Positions 11,201 to 23,200 of a DNA stretch of 64,000 nucleotides are shown here, one piece after another. The stretch is from Ranitomeya imitator (lineage: Eukaryota), in NCBI RefSeq assembly GCF_032444005.1, contig NC_091289.1, positions 164,486,001 through 164,550,000 of the forward strand, read 5' to 3'. Under the pieces are notes generated by a model. That model was not told the origin of the DNA. It saw only the letters and a list, made by a program, of their open reading frames with translations, and did no database searches. Made by a program: the position numbers and the translations under genes. The first letter of the stretch is position 1. Each line of letters starts with the position of its first letter.

Positions 11201-14200
11201 CAGAAGCAGGAAAAGCAGCAGTAACTCTTCGCACAGAGTCAGACTGAGCGAGACGCTGGGATCGACGTCCCTGCTGAGCAGACTCCACTGTGGCTGGAGA
11301 AGAATGGGAGACCGCAGCGGAGACGGATCGAGATTCCCCCTGTGTAGCAGAGGAAACTCGACTCCTAACATTACCCCCCCTACTAGGGCCCCCCCTCCTT
11401 GGGCCTCGCTACGTTCGAAGGCAGCAATGAGCTGCGGGGCCCGAATGTGCTCAACAGGCTCCCAGGACCTGTCCTCGGGGCCATAACCCTTCCAGTCCAC
11501 CAAATAAAATTTTTTGCCACGTACCACCTTGAACCCCAAAATAGCGTTCACCTCATAATCGTCCGTAGACGAACCCGATGTCCCAGCAGATGACTCGGAA
11601 AACCGGGACATATACACGGGTTTCAAGAGGGACACATGAAAGGTGTCGGTGATACCCAGGCGTGGCGGAAGGGCCAAACGATAGAGCTCAGGATTAACCT
11701 GCTCGAGGACCTTGAATGGGCCCAAGTCGCGAGGAGCAAATTTAGTGGACTCAACTCGCAGCCTGATGTTACGGGCGGAGAGCCACACTAAATCGCCAGG
11801 AGCAAAGGTTGGGGCAGGGCGCCGATGTCCATCGGCGGAGAACCTCATTCTCTCCTTCGAGGCCCGAATGGCATCCTGAGTGCGGTCCCAAATGTCCCGT
11901 GCCTCCACTGCCCAGTCTGCCACCCTGCAGTCAGCAGAGGACACGGGCATAGGCACAGGAACCCGCGGATGCTGGCCGTAATTAAGGAGGAAAGGAGTCT
12001 GACCGGTGGAGTCGGCTACAGCGTTATTAAGGGCGAACTCTGCCCATGGTAATAAAGATGCCCAGTCATCCTGCCTGGCAGAAACAAAATGTCGTAGATA
12101 TGTGACCAGAGTCTGATTGGCCCTCTCTACCAACCCATTCGTCTCGGGATGATATGCGGAAGAGAGATTTAACTCAATGCTGAGAAGACGACAAAGCTCT
12201 CTCCAGAACCGAGACGCAAACTGGGGACCCCGGTCACTGACAATTTTGTCTGGCATGCCGTGTAGGCGGAAGATGTGTCTTATGAACAACGCTGCCAAGG
12301 CCCGTGCAGAAGGTAACCGTGGGAGCGGCACCAAATGCACCATTTTCGAGAAATGATCGGTAATAACCCAAATGATGGTACAGCCGCGAGACTTCGGCAA
12401 ACCCACTACAAAGTCCATCCCGACCATCTCCCAGGGCCTGTCTGCCACCGGCAAGGGATAGAGTAACCCAGACGGCCGTTGTCGAGGAGACTTATTTTTG
12501 GCGCATGAGACACACGCCAGAACATAATCTCTGACATCTCGGAGCATATGCGGCCACCAGTACGTCCTCGCCAGCAGCTCAGATGTCCTTTTTGTCCCAA
12601 AGTGTCCACCCACCCTGGAGGAATGAGCCCAAGAGAGAACCTCCGGTCGCAAATTTATGGGCACAAAAGTCTTGCCCGGAGGCACAGACTCAAGCGACAC
12701 CGGAGCCACGGTTCTCAAGCTCTCAGAAGGAACAATAAGCCGAGGCTCTTCTTCCTCCTCCTCAGATGACACAACAGAGTGAGAAAGAGCATCAGCTCGA
12801 ATATTCTTCTCCCCAGCGAGATAATGGAGGGTGAAGTGGAATCGGGAGAAGAATAAGGACCATCTGGCCTGGCGAGAATTTAGCCCTGGGCTGTTTGCAA
12901 ATAGAGCAAATATTTGTGGTCTGTAAAAACTTGAAAGGGAAAACGAGCCCCCTCCAAGAGATGTCTCCACTCTGAGAAAGCCAATTTCATCGCTAGCAAC
13001 TCCCTGTCCCCGATGGAATAATTCCTCTCCGCTGGTGTGAAGGTCTTGGAGAAGAAGAAGCACGGATGCTTCCGACCTTGAGCATCCTTTTGGAAGAGGA
13101 CTGCTCCGGCACCAACGGAAGAGGCATCCACCTCCATTATAAACGATTTATCGACATTGGGACGATGTAGGATGGGAGCGCTAGCAAAATGAGACTTAGT
13201 AGAAGAAAAGGCCTTGGAGACCTCTTCAGACCACACTTTGGGATTTGCTCCCTTCTTGGTGAGGGCTACCAAGGGAGCTACCAAAGTTGAGAAATGGGGA
13301 ATGAACTGGCGGTAATAATTAATGAACCCCATAAAGCGCTGCACCGCTTTAAGTGAATGGGGTTCTTGCCAGTCCATCACAGCCTGTAGTTTGGCAGGAT
13401 CCATAGCCAATCCCTGGGCAGAGATGATATAGCCCAGGAAAGGTAAAGACTCCTGCTCAAACACACACTTCTCCAACTTTGCGTAAAGAGAGTTTGCCCG
13501 TAAGAGGTCGAAGACTCTGCCAACATCTCTCCGGTGGGAGTCAATATCTGGAGAGAAGATGAGAATATCATCCAGATAGACTACGACCGAGGTGGAAAGC
13601 ATATCCCGGAAGATGTCGGTGACAAAGTCTTGGAAAACAGCTGGGGCATTACAGAGCCCGAAGGGCATCACCAGATACTCATAGTGCCCATCTCTGGTGT
13701 TAAACGCCGTCTTCCATTCGTCCCCCTCACGGATGCGAATCAGGTTATAAGCTCTCCGCAGGTCTAATTTAGTAAATACCTTAGCTCCCCGTAGCCTATC
13801 AAAAAGCTCAGAAATCAGGGGCAGCGGGTACTTATTCTTAACGATGATGGCGTTAAGACCCCTGTAGTCTATGCAAGGATGCAACTCTCCATTCTTCTTC
13901 TGTATGAAGAAGAACCCTGCCCCTGCTGGTGACACTGACTTCCTAATAAACCCTCTTGCCAAATTCTCCTGGATGTACTGGGACATAGCCTCCGTTTCCG
14001 GGAGAGAGAGGGGATAGGCACGTCCCCGAGGAGGTTCTGCTCCAGGCAAGAGATCTATAGGACAGTCATAGGGACGGTGAGGCGGAAGGGTCTCCGCGGC
14101 CTTTTTGGAGAAGACGTCTGCATAAGACCAATAGTATTTGGGGAGAGTAGAGAGATCTGCAGGCATCTCAGTGGTGGAAACCTGAACGCACTCTAACGGT

Positions 14201-17200
14201 TACTGGTTTGGCAAGCTTAACCAGAGGTACTGCGTGGCGCAGAGCAAAAGCAGAAAACATAAAATTTCCTTCTGCTCCTGAATCCACACAAAGCTCTACT
14301 GTAAGAGTGGATGTGCCTAACAGGATTGTCCCTTTAAAGGACAATTTGGAGGAAAATGCTGCTGTGTCCAGTGAACCTCCTCCAATGGTCACTAGACGCG
14401 ATCGTTTTCCCGACCGCCGTGGACATTTATTAGCGTAATGTCCCGGTTGCTGGCAATTTTTACACACCAAAGGTACTCGAGCGGTCTGAGACCTAGGTCC
14501 CACTCAAGAAACCTCCATGGCCTCATGGGAGTCAGACGCCATAACAGAAGATTCTAGAGGTTTGGCAAAGGTGGGAGCCAGCCGAAACCTCTGCCTACAC
14601 TGGGTCCGCTCCAACCTCCGCTCGTTAAAACGGAGATCGATGTGGGTAGCTATAGTAATAAGCTCCTCCAGTGTGGCGGGAATCTCCCTGGTGGCCAAGG
14701 CGTCCTTTACATGATCTGCCAGTCCTTTCCAGAACACCGGAATAAGGACTTTATCCGGCCATTCCAGCTCAGAAGCTAGAGTCCGGAATAGGATGGCGAA
14801 CTGGCTGACCATGGACAAAGCCGGAGTAATTGCCAACAATTGAAGCGCGGTATCGTGGGTGACACGGGGTTCCAAAAAGACCTGCCTCAGAGCGTCCAGG
14901 AAGATAGGAGCACTCTGTACCACACGATCACCACGTTCCCAAAGCGGCATTGCCCACTCCAACGCCCTGCCTGACAAAAGAGACAAGATGAATCCCACCC
15001 TCGCCCGTTCCGTAGGAAAACGTGCAGCCAGCAGCTCGAGATGTATGGAGCACTGGCTCACGAATCCCCGACATAGCTTACTGTCACCAGCAAACTTGTC
15101 TGGAAGCGGGAGATGGGATAAGGTCGGAGCAGGGGTGGCAGAGGACAAACTGGCTGCAACTGCACTGGCAGCCTGAACAGCGACAGCAGTAACGTCCACA
15201 GCTGAGGTTGCACGCTCTAGAGCCGCCAACCTACCCTCCAGCTGTTGGATGTACCGCTGTGAACGCTGATCGTCCATCATTACTAGCCAGACCTTGGCGC
15301 TAGTATTCTGTTAGGGACTGGCGGAACGCACCAAGAATCAGATGTTATGGTATTAGGTGCGTTCGCAGTCCGAGGTCCACCGTGCAGGCAAAAGACCCTG
15401 CTGCTAGTAAGATGGACTATATGGCGGTACTAAGTATACACACATGGGTTAACTTCACCCTGCGTGAAGGAAGCGATCCTGTTGCGTCACAGGACCGCAG
15501 TACCGCACATAAAGCGCGAGCAAGAAGTCAGCGGACTCAACCCCTACACAGGATTGAAGTCCGATTAGACACTTGCTGGCACAACACCGCAACTGGGTGT
15601 GTCAGAGGAACATAAATAATAATATTAAGGCACAAGAGTGCGTGCGGTGCCGCACTGACAGACACCACTAACCACCCAGGCTTGGGTCAGGAAAGCGCAG
15701 AGCAAGCGCACAGCGCCGTACTGGCGGACACAGCAACTGGTAGCTGTAATGTGTGTTTAGTGCTGTTGGATAAGTCGGGCGCTAGATAGCAAACATACAC
15801 CTTCCGCGAACAGACATTCAATAGGGAGGGTTATTTAAAGAGCGACTTTCACTCACAACACACACACATATTTACAAGACAATACTAGCGCATGGCCGTG
15901 CGGTCATGCGCAGTTTATATAGCTGCAGCACAGGAAACAGCTACAGAAGTTTTGCCCTTTCAGGACCTGCTAAAAGGACCAATGGGATGTGCTGCAGTAC
16001 CTGAGCATGTGACCCTCGATCTCCAACGGGAGATCCTGCCCTGGGCATGCTCAGACAGAGAAAAGCAGGACTTAGATCCAGAAACGTCCACTCGCCGCTG
16101 CCCAGCACTGGCTTCAATGGCAGAAGCAGGAAAAGCAGCAGTAACTCTTCGCACAGAGTCAGACTGAGCGAGACGCTGGGATCGACGTCCCTGCTGAGCA
16201 GACTCCACTGCGGCTGGAGAAGAATGGGAGACCGCAGCGGAGACGGATCGAGATTCCCCCTGTGCAGCAGAGGAAACTCGACTCCTAACACTGTGATTAG
16301 ATTAAAATATGTTTTGATCCATTTCATCATCTAGCAAGATATTGAATAGACTGAATGATTAAAGCATCTAGTTAATTAAAGCATCCATTTATTTTAGTGA
16401 GGACCTATAATACTATACATACACCAATAGAAACATGCTAGCCACCATTTCATCTATAGGTTGAAAATAAATTCGTAAGATTTTTTTTCTTGTTTCCTAA
16501 TAGTTAATGGTCAGTGCTCAACATCTGCCAAACAGTTGGCTGAACCACTTGCAGAGTAAGTTTAACAAGCAACTAAGGGTCTCTGCCTTTTGAGATTTTT
16601 TCTTGTACCTCTTCTTTTGTTTGCATTCTTCTTACATGTATATGCACCCTTTTTCTAGAGTACTGTGCCCATCTGGCTGCCAAAAACATCCAAACAATGT
16701 GTGGGGTACAGGTTTCTACAACTATGTAAGTTGCTTCTAAATCTGAAAAATATAATCCTCTGTGAACTTGTGTTTGCCATATGTTAAAGTTCTATGGTAT
16801 TAAAAGCAATAGTAAAAAATACCCATTTATTTATCTTTCTTTTCGCTTTAGGAATCTTCAATATGTCAAGCAGCAATACATTGGGGAATATTGAGTCCAG
16901 AAGATAGTAAAGTCATAATAGTGGAAAGAATCCCAGGTCAAAAGAGTTATGAACAATCAACCAGGAATGGAATTACATCAAAATCATTTGGCGCTTCTCC
17001 TTGGTCCTTTAAAGTTAGATTGTCAATTGAAGAACCAGAGGAGCCAGATCGGGAACCATTTAGATTACCAGCAGGTGATTCATGTCTACTATTTTTCCAT
17101 AGCATGCAAGAGTTTTATATCAAGAACAATGTGCTTATGTTACAAATTGCTTAGAAACCACAAAAGGTTTAAAACTAAATCGGTCCATATGAAAAAACAA

Positions 17201-20200
17201 ATACACAAGTTCATTTAAGATAAAAATTTTGCAGCAGTAACTATACTATAGAGTTACTAGACAAAATAGTTCTCATTCTCCACTGCAGGTTGGCAAAAGC
17301 AGTATGGGTTTATATAATTATTATGTCTTGCAACCGAGTTTCTTTTCAATTTTTAGACAACTTCTCCAAAGTGATGATTTACGGAACACTAAAAGTTGAA
17401 ATCACTTTTTATAGATACTGTTAAAATTTATGCACATTTCTTACCAAATTCTGTAGTTTAGTTTTCCTTTCCAAACTCAGACTCAGCTGTGTGTCAGCAT
17501 GCTATTTTCTATACCAACTTATTCAAAAGTTATTTTCATTCTATTACCCGATATGTAATTTCCATTTTAGGAAAATCATCTTGTTCATCAACTGCACTGC
17601 AAGTTAAAGATCGTTCTGCAGAGTAAGCATTGTTTTCTGTTTTCATTCCATTTTCCTACATTAGCTCTATCATTTCATTAAATCAATTGGCAAAGTCTTC
17701 TCAAAAAATAATTACTTATCCAAAAGAAAATTTTAATTTTTGGGGTTTCATTTGCTTAGAATGGACTGTCCATCTGATTGTATGAAAGACAAATCTCGAG
17801 TTTATGGATCTGGAACCTACGCATCAGTAAGTTGAAATGTTAAATAAGAGCATAAGTACATTGAAAATGTAGCTGTGACTGTGGAAAATGAACTAGAGAA
17901 ATAAAGAAATAAAAATGTATGAAAAGTTGTATTATTAGATATCTACCTTTTTCCGTAGGTTTCCTCCATGTGCAGAGCAGCTCTTCATGATGGAGTAATA
18001 GACAACAAAGGAGGAAAAATATTTATTGAAAAGGTTAAAGGGCTACCTAGTTATGAAGAAAGCACAAGGAATGGAGTGAAGTCCAATAAATACGGCTCTT
18101 CTAAAGAATCATTTAGAGTCTATAAGCCAAAGAGTAAACCTTCTGGATGGGAAACTGTGAAGAAACCAGAGCTTACTGATCACACATCAACATTTGAAGC
18201 TTTGGAACCCTCCAAACAAACAGACCCTTTCCATCCTAAAGGAACAGAAGTAAATACTGAATCAGGTGGAAAGAAAACTAAGAAACCGATAGGTAACATT
18301 TTTTCATAAAGTATATTGAAATGCATACTGATAGTCAAAACAAAATACTTCTATGATAGTAGGAAGTGAAAAAATACACTTATTCCTAAATTAAAGCAAA
18401 AAGGCAGTGGCTACAGAGATTGTAGAAGATTTTATAGGACACCAGCCACTCAAATTCATTTCTGCTCCCAGTATACTCACACAGTTAATATATTCTTTAA
18501 TTTTACAGTATGCAATTATTTGCTTTCTCATGAAATGCAGGATATAATACTGCAGCACATGTTTAACATTTTAGTGACATGTAATATAATGAACAACCTG
18601 AGATCACTCTGCATAGATTAACCCCTTACCGGCATCGGACGTACTATACAGTCCGATGCCGGCTCCCCTGCTTTGATGCAGGGTTCCGCGGTGAGCCCGC
18701 ACCAAAGCCGGGACATGTCAGCTGTTTTGAACAGCTGACATGTGCCCGTAATAGGCGCGGGCAGAATCGCGATCTGCCCGCACCTATTAACTAGTTAAAT
18801 GCCGCTGTCAAACGCAGACAGCGGCATTTAACTACCGCTTCCGGCCGGGCGGCCGGAAATGACGTCATCGCCGACCCCCGTCACATGATCTATGCTTGTG
18901 AATGGTAAGCATAGAGGTCCTTGAGACCTCTATGGTTACTGATTGCCCGTCGCTGTGAGCGCCACCCTGTGGTCGGCGCTCACAGCACACGTGCAATTCT
19001 GCTACATAGCAGCGATCAGCAGATCGCTGCTATGTAGCAGAGCCGATCGTGCTATGCCTGCTTCTAGCCTCCCATGGAGGCTATTGAAGCATGGCAAAAG
19101 TAAAAAAAAAAGTTTAAAAAAATGTGAAAAAAATAAAAAAAAATAAAAGTTTAAATCACCCCCCTTTCGCCCCAATCAAAATAAATCAATAAAAAAAATA
19201 TCAAATCTACGCATATTTGGTATCACCGCGCTCAGAATCGCCCGATCTATCAATTAAAAAAAAGTATTAACCTGATCACTAAACAGCGTAGCGGGAAAAA
19301 AATTCGAAACGCCAGAATTACGTTTTTTGGGTCGCCGCGACATTGCATTAAAATGCAATAACGGGCGATCAAAAGAACGTATCTGCACCGAAATGCTATC
19401 ATTAAAAACGTCATCTCGGCATGCAAAAAATAAGCCCTCAACCGACCCCAGATGATGAAAAATGGAGACGCTACGAGTATCGGAAAATGGTGCAATTTTT
19501 TTTTTTTTTAGCAAAGTTTGGAATTTTTTTTCACCACTTAGATAAAAAATAACCTAGTCATGTTTGGTGTCTATGAACTCGTAATGACCTGGAGAATCAT
19601 AATGGCAGGTCAGTTTTAGCATTTAGTGAACCTAGCAAAAAAGCCAAACAAAAAACCAATGTGGGATTGCACTTTTTTTGCAATTTCACCGCACTTGGAA
19701 TTTTTTTCCCGTTTTCTAGTACACGACATGCTAAAACCAATGAAGTCGTTCAAAAGTACAACTCGTCCCGCAAAAAATAAGCCCTCACATGGCCAAATTG
19801 ACAGAAAAATAAAAAAGTTATGGCTCTGGGAAGGAGGGGAGCGAAAAACGAACACGGAAAAACGAAAAATCCCCCGGTCATGAAGGGGTTAAAATACGTT
19901 TTGATCCATCTCATCATCTAGCAAGATATTGAATAGACTGAATGATTAAATCATCTAGTTAATTAAAGCATCCATTTATTTTAGTGAGGACCTATAATAC
20001 CATACATACACCAATAGAAACATGCTAGCCACCATTTCATCTATAGGTTGAAAATAAATTCTTTATTTTTTTTTCTTTTTTCCTAATAGTTAATGGTCAG
20101 TGCTCAACATCTGCCAAACAGTTGGCTGATCCACTTGCAGAGTAAGTTTAACAAGCAGCTAAGGGTCTCTGCCTTTTGAGATTTTTTCTTGTACCTCTTA

Positions 20201-23200
20201 TTTTGTCTGCATTCTTCTTACATGTATATGCACCCTTTATCTAGAGTACTGTGCCCATCTGGCTGCCATCAACATCCAAACAATGTGTGGGGTACAGGTT
20301 TCTACAACTATGTAAGTTGCTTCTAAAACTGAAAAATATAATCCTCTGTGAACGTGTGTTTGCCATATGTTAAAGTTCTATGGTATTAAAAGCAATAGTA
20401 AAAAATACCCATTTATTTATCTTTCTTTTCGCTTTAGGAATCTTCAATATGTCAAGCAGCAATACATTGGGGAATATTGAGTCCAGAAGATAGTAAAGTC
20501 ATAATAGTGGAAAGAATCCCAGGTCAAAAGAGTTATGAACAATCAACCAGGAATGGAATTACATCAAAATCATTTGGCGCTTCTCCTTGGTCCTTTAAAG
20601 TTAGATTGTCAATTGAAGAACCAGAGGAGCCAGATCGGGAACCATTTAGATTACCAGCAGGTGATTCATATCTACTATTTTTCCATAGCATGCAAGAGTT
20701 TTATATCAAGAACCAACCACTACAATGTTTCGGTTTCTTTTCTCTTTCACACCCATACTACTTTCCTTCTTACAATCTCCTGCAATCCCTCCACCTAGTA
20801 AGGAACTAGTCATTTCTTCCTCCATCCTCCCCAGCCATCTCACCTTCTCCTCAGAACTGTTCCTCCACATACAATCCTTTTTCTCCAGACACACACGGCC
20901 ACATCATGTCCTATCCTGCTCCCACCTTCTAATATTCTGTCTGCTACTCCTCATCGCTGGTGACATATCCCCAAATCCCGGCACTCCCCAACTCATCCCC
21001 ACACTCATTTCTAACCCCCTGCCACGATCCTCCCCACGTTTTCCCAACCACGACAACCTCATACCCATTCATCCAGCCCCCACCCCCCCGCTCCCCCTAC
21101 TTGGAGCACTATGGAACGCACGCTCCATCTGCAACAAACTGACATTTATCCACGACCTCTTCATCACCAACAAACTCTCCTTCCTCGGCCTCACTGAAAC
21201 CTGGCTCACCCCATCTGACTCTGCCTCTCCAGCTGCGCTCTCCTATGGCGGATTCCACCTCTCTCACACCCCTCGCCCCAGCAACAAACGTGGTGGAGGA
21301 GTTGGATTGCTCCTATCCGACACCTGCTCCTTTACTCCAATCCCGCTACCACCCTCCGCTAATCTTCCTTCGTTTGAGGTGCACTCTGTCCGCATCTACT
21401 CCCCCTCCAACCTCCAGCTGGCTGTCATCTACCGCCCCCCAGAACTAGCCATCTCCACCTTTCTCGACCACTTCACCACCTGGCTACTTCATTTCCTCTC
21501 TGTCGACATCCCCACTATCATCATGGGTGATTTCAATATCCCCATTGACACTTCCACCTCAGCTGCCTCTAAACTTCTATCACTAACTGCCTCCTTTGGC
21601 CTCACTCAATGGTCCTCTGAGGCCACTCACAAAGATGGCCACACGCTGGACCTCATTTTCACCCGCCTCTGCTCCCTTACTAATCTCATTAACACACACC
21701 TCCCCCTGTCTGACCACAACCTACTGACATTCTCTTCCCTCTCCTCTCCTAATGTGCAACCCCCACTCCACAAACTCCCTTGCAGAAATCTCAAACATCT
21801 CAACTTACAATCACTCTCTGAGTCCCTTCTCCCTCTCAAGGACATAGCTTCCCTTCATGACACAGATGCTGCTGCCACTTTTTATAACACCACAATAACA
21901 GCAACACTCGATTCGGCCACCCCGCTCATGCATAGTAAAACTCGTACAATTAACAGGCAGCCCTGGCTGACCAGCCTGACCAAAGAATTAAGACAGGCTT
22001 CCAGGATTGCTGAGCGGAGATGGAAGCAATCCCGCTCTGCCGACCACTTCACTACATACAAGCAGTCCCTCGCCAGCTTCAAGTCTGCACTCACTGCCGC
22101 AAAACAAACTTACTTCTCATCTCTCATATCCTCCCTGTCTCACAACCCTAAACAGCTTTTCAACACTTTCAATTCTCTACTCCGTCCCCCAGCACCTCCT
22201 CCCTCCCCTCTCATTTCTGCTGAAGACTTCGCCTCTTTCTTTAAACAGAAGATCGATACGATCAGAGAAAGCTTTGGCCCACAGCGCCCACTGCCCCTCT
22301 TAGCTGCTCAACCCTGCTCCTCCAAAACCAGCTTCTCCACCATGACAGAAGATCAGCTCTCCACCCTCCTGTCAAGATCACACCTCACCACCTGCTCGCT
22401 TGACCCGCTCCCATCCCACCTCATCCCTAACCTTTCCATGGTCTTCATCCCAACCCTAACGCACCTCTTCAACCTCTCACTCACAACAGGTGTCTTCCCC
22501 TCATCCTTCAAGCATGCCAAGATCACACCCATCCTCAAAAAGCCCTCCCTCGACCCATCCTCTGTGTCTAGCTATCGCCCGATATCTCTTCTCCCTTATG
22601 CTCCCAAATTGCTGGAGCAACACGTCCATCTTGAACTGTCCTCCCACCTCTCCTCCTGCTCCCTCTTTGATCGGTTACAATCAGGCTTCCGTCCCCATCA
22701 CTCAACTGAAACTGCCCTAACTAAAGTCACCAATGACCTACTAACTGCCAGGAGCAAGCGACACTACTCTGTCCTCCTTCTCCTGGACCTGTCTTCTGCC
22801 TTTGACACTGTGGACCACTCCCTTTTGCTACAAATTCTCTCATCTCTTGGCATCACAGACTTGGCCCTTTCCTGGATCTCGTCATATCTGACAGACCGAA
22901 CATTCAGTGTCTCCCTCCCCCACACCACCTCCTCACTTCGCCCCTTGTCAGTCGGTGTTCCTCAAGGCTCTGTTCTAGGACCCCTACTCTTCTCCATCTA
23001 CACTTTCGGCTTGGGACAGCTCATAAAATCCCACGGTATGCAGTACCATCTCTACGCTGATGACACGCAGATCTACCTATCCGGACCTGACCTCACCTCC
23101 TTACTTACCAAAATCCCGCACTGTCTGTCTGCTATTTCAGCCTTCTTTTCTGCTCGCTTTCTACAACTGAACATGGACAAAACAGAATTCATCATCTTTC

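Larger units (their letters stand above)
10389..16290 (-). mobile_element. Ty3/Gypsy chromovirus (Tf1/sushi-like) LTR retrotransposon 2, both LTRs present, defective
   Basis: 982-bp LTRs at 10389-11370 and 15309-16290; 5-bp TSD ctgtg (10384-10388, 16291-16295); PPT next to 11371; Gag, CCHC, RT (YLDD), RNase H, integrase (HxxxH/CxxC, DDE) and chromodomain (YLVDWKGY). Confidence 0.97.

Noticed and set aside
10252-11486. ORFs within or overlapping LTRs and antisense to gag-pol (also 32167-33536, 37488-39049)
   Set aside because: By-products of GC-rich LTR and pol sequence; no homology cues.
20900-20960. Hydrophobic stretch in the L2 ORF as the signal peptide of the LCCL gene
   Set aside because: It is the Leu-rich lead-in of the LINE 2A-like motif, inside a unit-specific insertion and downstream of several units.
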